From Phallusia mammillata (lineage: Eukaryota), in NCBI GenBank assembly GCA_965637545.1, contig OZ281500.1:8990001-9054000 (forward strand): 64,000 bases of DNA, in the 5' to 3' direction. The position numbers and the translations under genes were made by a program. Shown here one piece after another: positions 17,342 to 29,815 of the stretch (position 1 is its first letter; every line of letters begins with the position of its first letter). A model generated the notes under the pieces. It did not search any database and was not told where the DNA came from. It was given only the letters and a program-made list of their open reading frames with translations.

Positions 17342-19750
17342 ATGCAACGACCAATCATTGTGCTTGGAATCATTTTATTCAACTTTATAGGTAAGAGTAA
17401 AAACAATATGCCAATATTTTAAATAACAGCAAATAATAACAGCAAATAACTCTTAACAGCAAATAATAACAGCAAATAACTCTTATCAAAAAACTACTAA
17501 TATGTTAGATCGGTGGTCTGCAAAGCATGTGATCGACGTAAATTTTAGTGGCTCACGCAACAACTAAGCCTTAAACTAGAGATCGGTATAATTTGGGTTC
17601 GGCCGAAACCGAACATATGGCGTCCGAATCAACCGAATCATTTATGACGTCACGTAAGATGCAAGCTGCGGTAAACAGTGGTGCTACACAACAAAATGGT
17701 TGTGTTTTACTGTCATTTTAGTCTTGCGGGGTTTGAGGTTGTCTCGAAATTGCTGATATTTTGCCTGGAGTGAAAAAAACGACCATAATGTTTTCAAAAT
17801 CGTAACAGTTAAAGATTCAATTATGGCGTAGTTTTAAAGATAGTGTGGTACATTATGAAGCACAAAAGACACGTTTTACACTTTGAATTTGTGCTTTCTC
17901 AAATTTATTGAACAAAATCCGCTTTGGGATGGTGATTGGTTCAAACAGGAGACAATGTTTCGAACCAACATATTTAGTTTGTGAAAATTGCTCAGGCTAA
18001 ACAATAATGGTAGTTCAAATGCTAAATAACTTGTTCTTGATACCTGTGTGCGTTTTACTTGGTGCCTAATGTTAAAAAAGTTGCAACTAAAATAGATTTT
18101 AAAGATCGTAATTTCGGAAAACTTGTTGAATAAACCAAAGTTTTTATTGTACTCATAGGGAAGCAACTTGCTGTAGCTTTTATTTTTTTAGGTGAATTTC
18201 TGTTGACAATATTTAACCCTGTGAGGGCCTCCAGGTAGGATTTAAAAAAATTCGGCCGCGATAATAAAAGTTCGCCGGCCACTAGATTAGATAAAGGTTT
18301 AATATGTATCACTAATGACCAGTGCATATGTATTGCAGACAAATCAACGGAAGTATGCGTTTCGCTGAACAAAAGTGGACTTGAAGTTTGCCGATCCAGT
18401 GTGTCTGGTGACTGTCGCTCACTACAGTTGAAAATTTCAAAAAACAAATCACATGATAACAACCTCCACTGTCGACATGGTCGAATGTTTTTAAAACATT
18501 TCGACAAGGATTACAACAAAAGTGATCATTACGAAGAAAAAGTTTACACATTTCGCAAGATTTGGATGCCATTTGTCATTGTGCTGGCTCCTATTGCAAT
18601 ACTGGGAAATGCATTGACCATAACAATAAGCGTTTTTGAGCTGTATCGAAAATTTAGGGTCATGACCAAAGTGCTTAAGATTCATACGGTTATGGTGTTA
18701 AATTTAAGCATGGCGGATTTCCTCATGGGTGTTTATCTTGTGACTTTGATAAAAAGGCTATCTAATGAAAAGTGTTCTTCGCGAAGATGTCAAACCCCTG
18801 AATTCATACACAACTGCTCCATTGTTGGTGTCATTACTTTGGTTTCTAGTCAAGTATCAGTAACTACCTTGGTCACGATCACAACTTGCCGACTGTACAG
18901 CGTGCGTTGGCCTTTCCGAAATATTCATCTGCGACCGATTATAATATCCCTCGCCTTGTCCTGGGTGATATGGTTATTTATCGCCTGCATTCCTCTCATT
19001 GATAACGAAATTATTTATAACACATTTCATCTTTCTATGTTTGTGCGTGGCAGTGGTTGTTCCCATCAGCCAAACGAAAAAGAATATTGTAAATGGGAAA
19101 CTTTTTTGAAAAAACTACTGAATCCTGTAAATTGCACACATCTCCTGCCGCAAACCCGCTCATGGAACGGTCTCAAGAAAATTTTTAGTGACATAAGAAT
19201 GTTTAATTACTCAGACTTATGGACAATCGGTTATTACGAGCAAATGCCGACATGTAGCATCAATTTCATTGTGGCAAGCCAAGACACTTCCATGCCGTTT
19301 CTGTTATTCTTGGTCACGTTTAATTTAATCGCATTTGTGTACATTGCATTTGCCTACTGCTACATCTACCGGAAAACCGATTACATGACAGTAGGCTGCA
19401 CGTGTAAGAAGAGCTGTGATGAGAATAGTAATCAAGACAGAAGAGAACGGGAAAACCATGCGATGCATCGTCGCATGTTTTTTATCGTTTTTACTGACTT
19501 TGCTTGCTGGATACCGATGTCGTTGATTGTCATCTTGCGCGCAATTGACCAAGAAATATTTAAATTTGACGAAGATGCCGTGGTTTTTATGTCCATTGTC
19601 TTGTTTCCACTTAATAGCATCCTTAATCCATTGCTATATACGGCCACTTGGTGTAAGCTGTTCAAAAAGCTTTGCAAATGTAAATTCTGTCACATTGGGT
19701 CTAATATCGAACTTGGCGGCGACAGACCAGAGGAACTTGAACTACAATAG
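17342..19750 (+). CDS. Rhodopsin-class GPCR with an RXFP/LGR-like 7TM domain and a short Cys-rich ectodomain (about 486 aa)
   Basis: ORF 18401-19750 has seven hydrophobic segments with GNALTI, NLSMADFLMGVYL, FFIVFTDFACWIPM and FPLNSILNPLLY, typical of relaxin/glycoprotein-hormone receptor-like GPCRs. The frame is open back to an acceptor at 18338. A phase-compatible signal-peptide exon 17342-17390 (MQRPIIVLGIILFNFI, donor ag|gtaag) is proposed with lower certainty. Confidence 0.85.
17424..17485. repeat. 30-bp tandem repeat x2 built from taacagcaaataa subunits
   Basis: taacagcaaataataacagcaaataactct repeated directly. Confidence 0.85.
17577..17654. mobile_element. Fragment related to the 8787-9255 MITE
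   Basis: Starts tagagat. ccgaatcaaccgaatcatttatgacgtcacg is the reverse complement of ~9149-9180. Confidence 0.6.
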
Positions 19751-20318
19751 TTCGTTTTATATGTTATTCTTTGCGTTTTCTGCTGTGTGGTATAATGCTG
19801 CTCATCACACCCGCAACTGTATTTTGTATGTCAAAAACTGGTTTGTATATAACTGTGCAAGGTGTTTTATAATTAGTCCCTTTACCTTTTTGCTGTAAAT
19901 TTGCACAAGCTGTACCCTTCATTTGCATTGACATGCGATTTTAAAAAACGAATGGTTACTGTGTGGCTTTAGTGCGTTTGGTCATGTAGCTTCATGTTCA
20001 ACGTTGGGCAACAATTTTCTGCTTGATAATTCTGAAGCATGTCTGTGGCTGTGTTTTTTACACCAAGCGATGAAAGTCTTAACTTACCCGTGATATTATG
20101 CTTGGTTTTGTATATGTTGCCTATAATAAAGTCTACGATGACAAATTGGGCCTAATATGGTCTTAGGTGAAATGTTAGCTAAAAACATTACTAGCGATTT
20201 TTTCTATGATCGCGGCAATTTGAACAGTTTGGGTGTAATAGTATACCAGGCGAATAGAGTGGGATACATTTGCAGTTGTTTGCCGAGGCACGCAATCATT
20301 TCGAGAACGTTCGAGACG

Positions 20319-20423
20319 ATGACTAAGCATACTTTTTACTCCACACTTCGGTCGATTTAAAACGAAATTGAGAGTATGACGATGCAAAATTTCTCATCCA
20401 GTGTACCACACCGTGACACAGCG
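20319..20423 (+). promoter_or_regulatory. ARE motif cluster upstream of GST-4
   Basis: atgactaagca (20319-20329), atgacgatgca (20376-20386), gtgacacagcg (20413-20423). An AP-1-like tgagtca lies near 20679, beside a TATA-like tataag. Confidence 0.68.
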
Positions 20424-20981
20424 ATATTTGAAAAGTTGAAACTAACTATTCAGCACAATGGAAAAGCAGTTTCGTATTTTGTTCGCCGGTTTACCGAGTT
20501 ACGTTGCTCAACGCGCTATGGCGGTTGTCAAGCAACTCTTTGCTTCTTTCCTTCTCTTTCATGACGCAAGGAGGAGAAGGTGAAAGGGCGCGCACCGTTT
20601 CGCGTGATTGGTTCGTTAAAAAGAACTTTAAGAACTTTCACGCTGGGCGGGCGAGCAACAGAAAAAAATGATTTGACTTGAGTCAAATGTATAAGTGCCA
20701 GCATAGAGTGAGTGGTATTCAGTGTTGTCTTGTAATTTTATGTTGGACTTGTGGTAAAGTATACTGCTGTGCAGCTTTTAGTTACCAGCTTGTTAAATAG
20801 TAAATTTCTTGTTAAACAACAAGTTCGAGTAGGTTCTTAAAATTTCAGTGTTTCTGCCAGCAACCTTGTTAATAGACAAATGTAAAATTAAGGCAGCTGT
20901 GAAGTCTAAACTATGCACGCGTCAACCTAACACGTTGTTTTTTTTACTTTGTAGCAAGTCAAATCACCAATAACAGCAATT

Positions 20982-22110
20982 ATGCCTGAATACAAACTTT
21001 GTTACTTTAATGCCCGTGGTTTGGGAGAACTGGCCCGACTTCTGTTTGCAGAGGCCGGTGTGGAGTACAAGGACGTTAGGTACAACAGCGAAGAATGGCC
21101 TAAGCAAAAACCCAGTAAGTATCGGATGTCTCAATCTAGAGCAAAATTTTCACTCCACGGTACCTACTTTGTAGGCCAACATAACAAAATTTTTAAATAG
21201 AAAGTTATCTTGCAACTTTATTGTAGATCAACTTTATTATTGTAGATTGTTTTTTATGGCAAACAAGAAAAGATTAACTTCTTAACATTGTCAGGAACAC
21301 CCGCATTTTGTAATCACGTCCTAAAACACCAGAGAATGTTTGAACTTTAAATTTGGCCACTTTGGCACGACACTTTGAATCTCTTGGTACACACTTAAGA
21401 ATTACTAATGGAGAGGCCTTACATTCTAAAGTTACGGTTTTATTTGTTATGTGTTTCTAGCTATGCAATTTGGCCAGATGCCTGTGCTTTTTGTCGATGG
21501 GGTCCAAATTGCTCACAGCCGTGCAATAGCACGATTTCTTACCCGCGAGTTTAAACTGGATGGGGGAAGCTCGCTCCAATCAGCTCTAATCGATACTTGG
21601 ATGGAGGTGCTGTTCGAAACATTTCAAAATCTTCCGTTTCGCGAACAAGACCCGACTGCAAAGGTGAGTCATAAAATGTCCATTTAGTATTTCCCTCATT
21701 AGAGTGACACCATTGATTTAATCCACAGGCAGAAAAATTAGCTACCGTCATGAAAGATAACATCGGACCAAAGCTGGAAAAACTTCAGGAACAGAGTAGT
21801 TCGACACCGGGACCATACATCTTTAAAGATGTGAGTGTTATAAACACGCAATTTTACTAATTCGTCTCTTTACAGTTCAAACAAATCACAAAAGTAGATC
21901 TTACCTTATGCTGTTTGACTTATTTATTGCTTGTTTTGGACGCAGTTCACAGCCGCTGATATCATTGTCTATGCGATCACCGACTTCTTGGTCAAATCCT
22001 TCAAAGTGGACCTCATTTGCTATCAAGGAATCACAAAACTTCGTGATGCAGTAAGCCAAAGACCCAACATCAAGAAATGGATTGAAGCTCGTCCAGACAC
22101 CGAAAATTAG
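20982..22110 (+). CDS. Glutathione S-transferase, sigma-class-like (GST-4)
   Basis: Exons 20982-21114, 21461-21663, 21729-21830, 21946-22110. MPEYKLCYFNARGLGELARL, MQFGQMPVLFVDG, RPNIKKWIEARPDTEN*. Confidence 0.93.
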
Positions 22111-23534
22111 ACTTGTGTGACAAATTCGTCTGTGATTTTGTCAATGTGTGTTAAAGTACTTTTTAATTGTGTTTGCCCCTGTCAAAAATAAAAGAAACGA
22201 TTTACTCTCAAATATTTATTGGTTTGTTTATGACTTTCTATCGATTGCCATGTAGCTCTGCTCTGGACCAGAGGTTCGCAAAGAGCGGGACCCAAATTTT
22301 GGTCGCGAAACCATCAACTTAGCGTCGCGAAAACCTAAACGTAAAACCAAAAACGACAAATTCTTCCCATGTTTCTTGCTTTGCATACGTTCATGCAACT
22401 AAATGTACAAGAAGAGCAATGTTATTCTTTATATACCGTAGCTTGTATTGGGTGATTTTATTGTCACACAAAGTGCTTGCAATATTTCAACTTCAGGTTT
22501 CGCAGCAAAACAGCGATATAGTGTAGTAATTCGGTGAGAGTTTGCTATGTGAAGTTATGTACTAGGCTTAAAAAATTCTGGGTCGATCCAAAAGTGTTTG
22601 TGAACCCCACTGCAGAAATACAGGCTGCGACTTGCGACAAATATAACTTGCAGTTGTGAACAATATTGCTACAGCATTTGATGTTGGTTTCTGTAGCTGT
22701 AACTTTTAAAGATACTTTTATTACAAAGGCCACTTGCAATTGCGCACAGGTGGGATTTTCGCTGTTCAAGGCAATTTTGCTGCCAACAAAACGTAATGCT
22801 TATTTTGTTTGGGCATTCCTACTCTAAGCACCCACGTTTGTACCAGACATGGGGTCGAATACACGCGTCCTGTATTTGAATACTTTACGAATACCTGCCT
22901 AGCTGTATTTTAATTCATGAATACTTTGTTAATTTTTAAGTGACAGCAATTGGAATAGTATTAGAATAAAACGAGTCAAGCATTTGTATTCATGAATAGT
23001 TGCTTAAAAAACAACATAGTGTAATTCGAATACTATTCGAATAAACCCCAAGCGTGTATTCGCATTTATGAATACTTACGTACTTTTTGAGATGTAGCAA
23101 TTCGAATTTTATCGAATTAATAGTTCTAGTTATTTGTATTCTGGAATGGTTCAGTTGATGTAAGAAGCAAACAGTTCGAATAGTATTCGAATGCACCGAT
23201 TTGGGTATTTGTGATTGCAGAAAATAAAGCACCCCGAAACTTAAAAGGTATTCGAACAAAAAGTAACATTTCAGTTTATGAATTGCAAATTTATTGGTAA
23301 AAATATAAACCAACGAGCTTTGTTTTGCCACAATAGCTTGACTGATCTGAGTCTCCATTAGGCCTATATACCCCAAATTTGCATGAGGTGTTGCTTCCGA
23401 AACACGCTACACCTGTCATGTGCTGAGAACAACACAATGTTGCAAGCTTTGTACCACAATTCTATTTAAAAACATCACAATCAAACTTATGTGTGTCATT
23501 GTTTCGTAACATCAACTGAAACAATCTGGAGGTA

Positions 23535-23715
23535 ATCGACAATTCGTATTGTATTCGTAAAAATGTAGGTATAGGCATGTATTCGATTTTACGAATTGTT
23601 ACGTTGCCACAGACTCACAACAATTCGAATTGTATTCGTACAAATGTAATCATGTATTCGATTTTACGAATTGTTACGTTGCCAAAGGCCGACAACAGTT
23701 CGAATTGTCTTCGTA
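23535..23715. repeat. 75-bp tandem repeat (about 2.5 copies) within an attcgaat-rich repeat remnant
   Basis: catgtattcgattttacgaattgttacgttgcca at 23576 and 23651. The surrounding 22850-23720 region is rich in ttcgaa/tattcg motifs. Confidence 0.75.
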
Positions 23716-24260
23716 AAGCATTACCGTTTAATGAAAGAGAAAAAGCAATTTCATATTTTGACCACCTGTTTACAGAGCAACTTTGCTTAAGCACGCTAAT
23801 GCGATTGTCAAGCAATAGCAGGAGCTAGAGCTCTTTCTTTTTCCCTTCTCGTTCACGACGCAAGTCGGAGAGGGTGATGGAGCGCGCACCGTTTTGCGTG
23901 ATTGGTTCGTTAAAAACTTCTATATTGGGTGAGCACTGAGCAAGCAACAGCAAAAATGATTTGATTTGAAGCTAGCCAAACTTATACCAAGCAGCATAGA
24001 GTGTGTGGTAATCAGAGTTGTCTTATAATTTTATGTTGGACTTGAAGTATATTGCTGTGTATTTTGAGTTACCAGCTTGGTAAATAGTAAATTTCTTGTT
24101 AAACAACAAGTTCGAGTAGGTTCTTAAAATTTCAGTGTTTCTGCCAGCAACCTTGTTAATAGACATAATGTAAAATTAGGGCAGCTGTAAACCATGCACG
24201 CATAAACCAAACACGTGTTTTTTTTACTTTGTAGCAAGTAAATCACCAATAACAGCAAAT

Positions 24261-25390
24261 ATGCCTGAATACAAATTGTGTTACTTTAACACCCGTGGTT
24301 TGGGAGAAATGGTTCGGCTTCTGTTTGCAGAGGCCGATGTAGCCTTTGAAGACGTTAGGTACAACAGCGACGAATGGCCTAAGCACAAAGCCAGTAAGTA
24401 TGTCCCAATCTAGAGTAGCGTAAAATATAGAGCAAAACTGCACGGTATATTTTGCAGGCCAATATAAAAAAGTTGTCTAAAGAAAGTTAATTCGCAGCTT
24501 TATTGTGGATTTGCTTGCTTTTTTATGGCAAACAAAATAACTTCTTAACATTGTCATGAACGCCCACATTTCATAGTCAGGTCCTAAAACACCAGAGAAT
24601 GTTGAAACTTCAAAATAGCCAAACTTTGGCGGGACACTTGGAATCTCTCTTGGTACACAATTTGAGAATCACTAATGTAGAGGCCTTTAATTCTAATGTT
24701 ACTATTTTTATTTGTTATGTGTTTCTAGCTATGCAATTTGGCCAGATGCCTGTGCTTTTTGTCGATGGGGTCCAAATTGCACACAGCCGTTCAATAGCAC
24801 GATTTCTCACCCGCGAGTTTAAACTGGATGGGACTGGAAGCTCGCTCCAATCAGCTCTAATCGATGCTTGGATAGAGGTGCTGTTCGAAACATTTCAAAA
24901 TCTTCCGTTTTACGAACAAGACCCTACTGTAAAGGTAAATTATAAAATGTCATAGTATTTCCCACATTAGGGTGACACCATTAATTTAATCCAAAGGCAG
25001 AAAAATTAGCTACCGTCATGAAAGACAACATCGGACCAAAGCTGGAAAAACTTCAGGAACAGATTAGTTCGACACCGGGACCATACATGTTTAAAGATGT
25101 AAGTAATATTAAGACGCAATTTCACTAGTTTGTCCCTTTAAAGTTCAAACAAATCCTTTGTCACAAAAAGCAGATTTTACCTTATACATGCTGTTTGACG
25201 TATTTATTACTTGTTTTGAACGTAGTTCACAGCCGGCGATATCATTGTCTATGCAATCACTGACTTTTTGATCAAGTCCTTCAAAGTGGACCTTAGTTGC
25301 TTCCAAGGCATCACAAAACTTCATGATGCAGTAAGCCAGAGACCCAACATTAAGAAGTGGATTGAAGCTCGTCCAGTCACAGAAAATTAG
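24261..25390 (+). CDS. Glutathione S-transferase, sigma-class-like (GST-5), close paralog of GST-4
   Basis: Exons 24261-24393, 24729-24934 (3-nt insertion versus GST-4), 24997-25098 (AAG acceptor), 25226-25390. Intact frame. Confidence 0.9.
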
Positions 25391-26133
25391 ACTTTTGCGA
25401 CAAGTTCGTCGATGATTTTGTCACTGTTTGTAAAGTGACTTTTTAATTGTGTTTGCCCCTTTTAAAAAGGAAAGAAACGGTTTACTCAGAAATATTTATT
25501 TGTTTGTTCTATGACTTTCTATCGATTGCCGTGTAGTTTAGGGTTGCCATACGTCAGGATTTTCCCTGACGTGTCAGGGAATTAAGTGTTTAAATCTGCG
25601 TCAGGGAGAAATGGTAAAATGTACTAAAAAGTCAGGAATTTAAGAGAACAAAATATATGCTATGAAATTAATGTACCAACGGAAAAACGTTTCTAGTAGT
25701 TAGCTATAACCGCGTCTATACCATGCAGCGTAAAGATGCAAACTAGCGGCGCGCATGTTAACGCACAAGCCAACTGTTTCGTTTTGCAGTGTGTGGGCGC
25801 GCAGCAATACCTGCTTGTTACGAGTTGTCTGACAATACGCGTTAAATACAGAAATAAAAATCTGCGTCTCACGAAAACACATAGCATTCGATGCTACGTG
25901 GGAAGTTTCATTTGCTTTAACTGTTTATCTAATATGCAAGGAACTAACTAACAACAAAAAGTCGAATGTCGTGGGACAGAAAAACGTTTTCACAGTGGCA
26001 TTTTATTTGAAATGTAAAAAGGTGACAATCAGAGTATCGTATCTAACGTTTTCTCGTGTCGCCGTCCGTGGGACTTTCGAATATTCAAAATTTATTCCGT
26101 AATAGAAGTGTTTGGATCGCAAAATGATTAACG

Positions 26134-26551
26134 TAGCGGTTCTCAAACTAGGATCCGGAGTCCTTTCGGGGTCCGTGGGGCAATTTTGCGGGGACCGCGA
26201 AAAGGTGGAAGTAATTCTATATTCTTATTTGGCGTCAGTTTGTGCAACTAAATAAGTTTAAAACAAAGTGAAAGTGAGAATCGACAGTCTCCATTGCTAA
26301 ACAATAGACTTCATTGCATGACAACTAACAAAAATGCAATTGTTCGCGCACAACTGTAATGTTTTTGTCTTGTCTGTGATGTCAGATTTGGATCATTGTT
26401 ATTCGCAATTTTGCATAAATAGCTAAAATCCTGCAATCAACTTTCGTTTTATCTGAAATACACATTCCAGCTAAAAAAACGCGAGCCCTCGAAATAATGG
26501 CAAAGTAACCGAGCGTTTAGAAAAAATAATGAAAAAGTTTGGGAACCACTA
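26134..26551. mobile_element. hAT-type MITE, family B (opposite orientation to the 11044 copy), nested in D
   Basis: Reverse-complement homology to 11044-11452. TSD gattaacg; its right copy is split by element C. Confidence 0.88.
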
Positions 26552-26554
26552 GAT

Positions 26555-26869
26555 CAGTGGTTCCCAACCGGGGAGGAATTCCTCCCTAGGGAGGAATTTT
26601 AGGAGTTCAGGGGAGGAATTTCATAAAAACTGTAAAAGAAATTTACATTGGAAATGTTACACAATATTTTTGTACACACATTATTATGTCCATTATAATT
26701 TGGACCCGGTTGTAAAGGATTCTGAAATGGACATCCCTAATTATAAGGTCTATTTCAAATTGCTATAATTTTTTATGTTAGCCTATTTGTTTTTCGTCTT
26801 ATGGGGAGGAATGAATAGTTCGAAAATGGGCAAAGGGAGGAATGTAACAAAAAAGGTTGGGAACCACTG
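26555..26869. mobile_element. hAT-type MITE, family C, inserted at the right end of B
   Basis: TIR cagtggttcccaacc / ggttgggaaccactg. Exact TSD cactagat (26547-26554 / 26870-26877). Subterminal ggaggaat repeats. Confidence 0.92.
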
Positions 26870-27550
26870 CACTAGATTAACGCAACTGAGATAAATTTTG
26901 TCAGGGATGGGGTATCATAAAATATGGCAACCCTAGTGTAGTTCTGCTCTAGACCAGGGGTTCGCAAACAGCGGGACCCAAATTTGGTCGCGAAACCATT
27001 ACACCAGCGTCGTGAAAAACCTAAACGTTATATAACTTCTTGTCATGTTTCTTGCTTTGCATAAATTCATGCGACTAAATGTACACCAAGACCAATGTTA
27101 TTCTTTTTATACCGTTGCTTGTATTTAGGTGATTTTGTTGTCACACAAAGTGCTTGCTAACGAGTGTCTGTTACGTCACAGTACCTTTAGGTTTTGAACC
27201 AAAACAGCGATCGTTAGTACAGTATTTCGGGTGAAAGTTTGGTAAGTGAAGTTATGTACTAGGCCTCGAAAATTGATCACAAAGCATTGCTTTTGTGTAC
27301 CTTAGGTCGAAAATATACAGCGACAAATATAATGTGCGGTTGTGAACAATGTTGCTTGGCGCATCGGCGAAGCATTTGGTGTTGGATAGCTGTAACTTCG
27401 CAAAATATTTTATTACTAAGACAACCTGCCGTAGCGCACAAGTAGGTTTTTCGCTGTTTATTTTGCTGCCAAAAACGTACTGCTTTTGTTTGAAGCATTC
27501 TAAGTATAAGCACGCTGGTTTGTACAGACCACCGAAACGATACTGTATGG

Positions 27551-27851
27551 CAAGGGTGCGCAACCTGCGGCTCTTGAATAAAGGTTGTGGGGCCCGCAGA
27601 GACGCTTGGATTTCAAATGTACTGGCAAACGAGTCCAACTATCATATATTTCTGAGCAGATTAATGCGCCCGGTGCTATTTTTATGCGACCTGGCAATAT
27701 GTGACTAGAAGCAAGTGCGGATTTTACTTGTAGTTAAGCATATTTTGTATGCAAAAAAGTAAAATCACCTTGTGTTATACACAGGTACGGCCCGCGATCT
27801 TATTTTGCCAATTGTATTTGGCCCCACAGTAACAAAGGTTGCACACCCCTG
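27551..27851. mobile_element. hAT-type MITE
   Basis: TIR caagggtgcgcaacc / ggttgcacacccctg. Exact TSD ctgtatgg. Confidence 0.87.
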
Positions 27852-28667
27852 CTGTATGGTATTGTTCACAGGAACAGGAAATGTAGGCTACTTCGTTGAG
27901 GAAGTACCATCCAAAATAGCTTTACGCTACCACACAGTTTTTGCTTTCATTTGTTGCTTTACAAAAACTGACACCACCAAGCATATTAAAACCTACCGTT
28001 TAGACCACGTTATGAACGTCAATTTTTTATTTCAGTTAAAACCGAATACTGTTTTCGTCCACGATCACGTTTTGTTTTTGCCGCGGGAAAAATATCGTGA
28101 CGCAAGTAATGCGAACGTGTGGCATCGCACGTACCGGGGTGCTTATATGAGGGGCATTTATAACGCGCCTGGACATTGTAAAGTTTAGCCTCGTATTGAG
28201 ATAGCTCACAGAGTTGGTACATTCGAAAATCTGCATCTCAAAAACGTTTGCTTGTTTATCGATGTTAGTTTGGTTGTATTTTTGTCTGGTATTGCCGAAA
28301 TGCGCTGGAAAATTTCAAAAGCAGTGTACAAGCAATACCTAAAATGAACAGTGACAGCAGAGTAGTAGATTACAATGAAATAGACATCAGCAAATTTCAC
28401 TCACAACATTGCGTAAGTATTGGTTACAGGGTAGGCAAACATATCGAATTGGTACTTATGCTGTGGAAAACGGTATATTTGCTTTCGTGGAAACAGGTAA
28501 AGATTAGGCTTTGTATTTTTTTGATTACACGAATATATTCTATTGCGCAATCAGTTAGCCTAGAGTAGAGTATCAAGACATCGGCATTTTATGTTTGCTC
28601 ACACAAAACGTCTGGGAGAGCAGCTCCGGCAAAATAAAAACTGTTACCCGAAACGCTGGAAACGTTT

Positions 28668-28715
28668 TGCTGTGTCATTGTACTCGACACTCGATAACAT
28701 TGTTTGCTTAGTCAT
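28668..28715 (-). promoter_or_regulatory. Two ARE motifs (minus strand) upstream of the GST-6 start codon
   Basis: tgctgtgtcat (28668-28678; reverse complement atgacacagca) and tgcttagtcat (28705-28715; reverse complement atgactaagca), both with AT-rich flanks. Confidence 0.68.
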
Positions 28716-28997
28716 TCTTTATCAGTCATTGCAGGTTGCAGAGTGTGGCGCAATGGTACATCATGACAAACAAAGTTTTCAGAAGGCTATTTTCGTTGTT
28801 GACAACCAACTTCCACAATACTTAAATGAAGGACCATATAAAGCTATGTTGTAACGTATAAGTGTGGTAGCAGTGTGAAATAGTTGTATAATGATAATGG
28901 TAATTATAAACATATAATATATTTAAATGTACACTATCTTGCACTAAATCAAACCTGAATGCAATTTCGGAAGTAATTTGAATTATTATTTTTTTAG

Positions 28998-29815
<818 letters not shown>

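Larger units (their letters stand above)
25539..26935. mobile_element. hAT-type MITE, family D, host of two nested elements
   Basis: TIR tagggttgccata / tatggcaacccta. Exact TSD gtgtagtt (25531-25538 / 26936-26943). The empty site is in the GST-4 duplicate (~22250). Confidence 0.92.

Noticed and set aside
18055-18507. 150-aa minus-strand ORF, and a possible LRR or extra exon (18192-18234) upstream of the GPCR
   Set aside because: The ORF is antisense to the GPCR 5' region with no recognisable motif. The small exon ends in phase 2, incompatible with the phase-1 acceptor at 18338, and read-through hits TAG at 18236.
22269-27305. Old element starting cag(a/g)ggttcgcaaa at 22269 and 26957
   Set aside because: Right ends are degenerate and there is no TSD. 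It is shared by both GST-4/5 duplicates, so it is old and its boundaries are unsupported.
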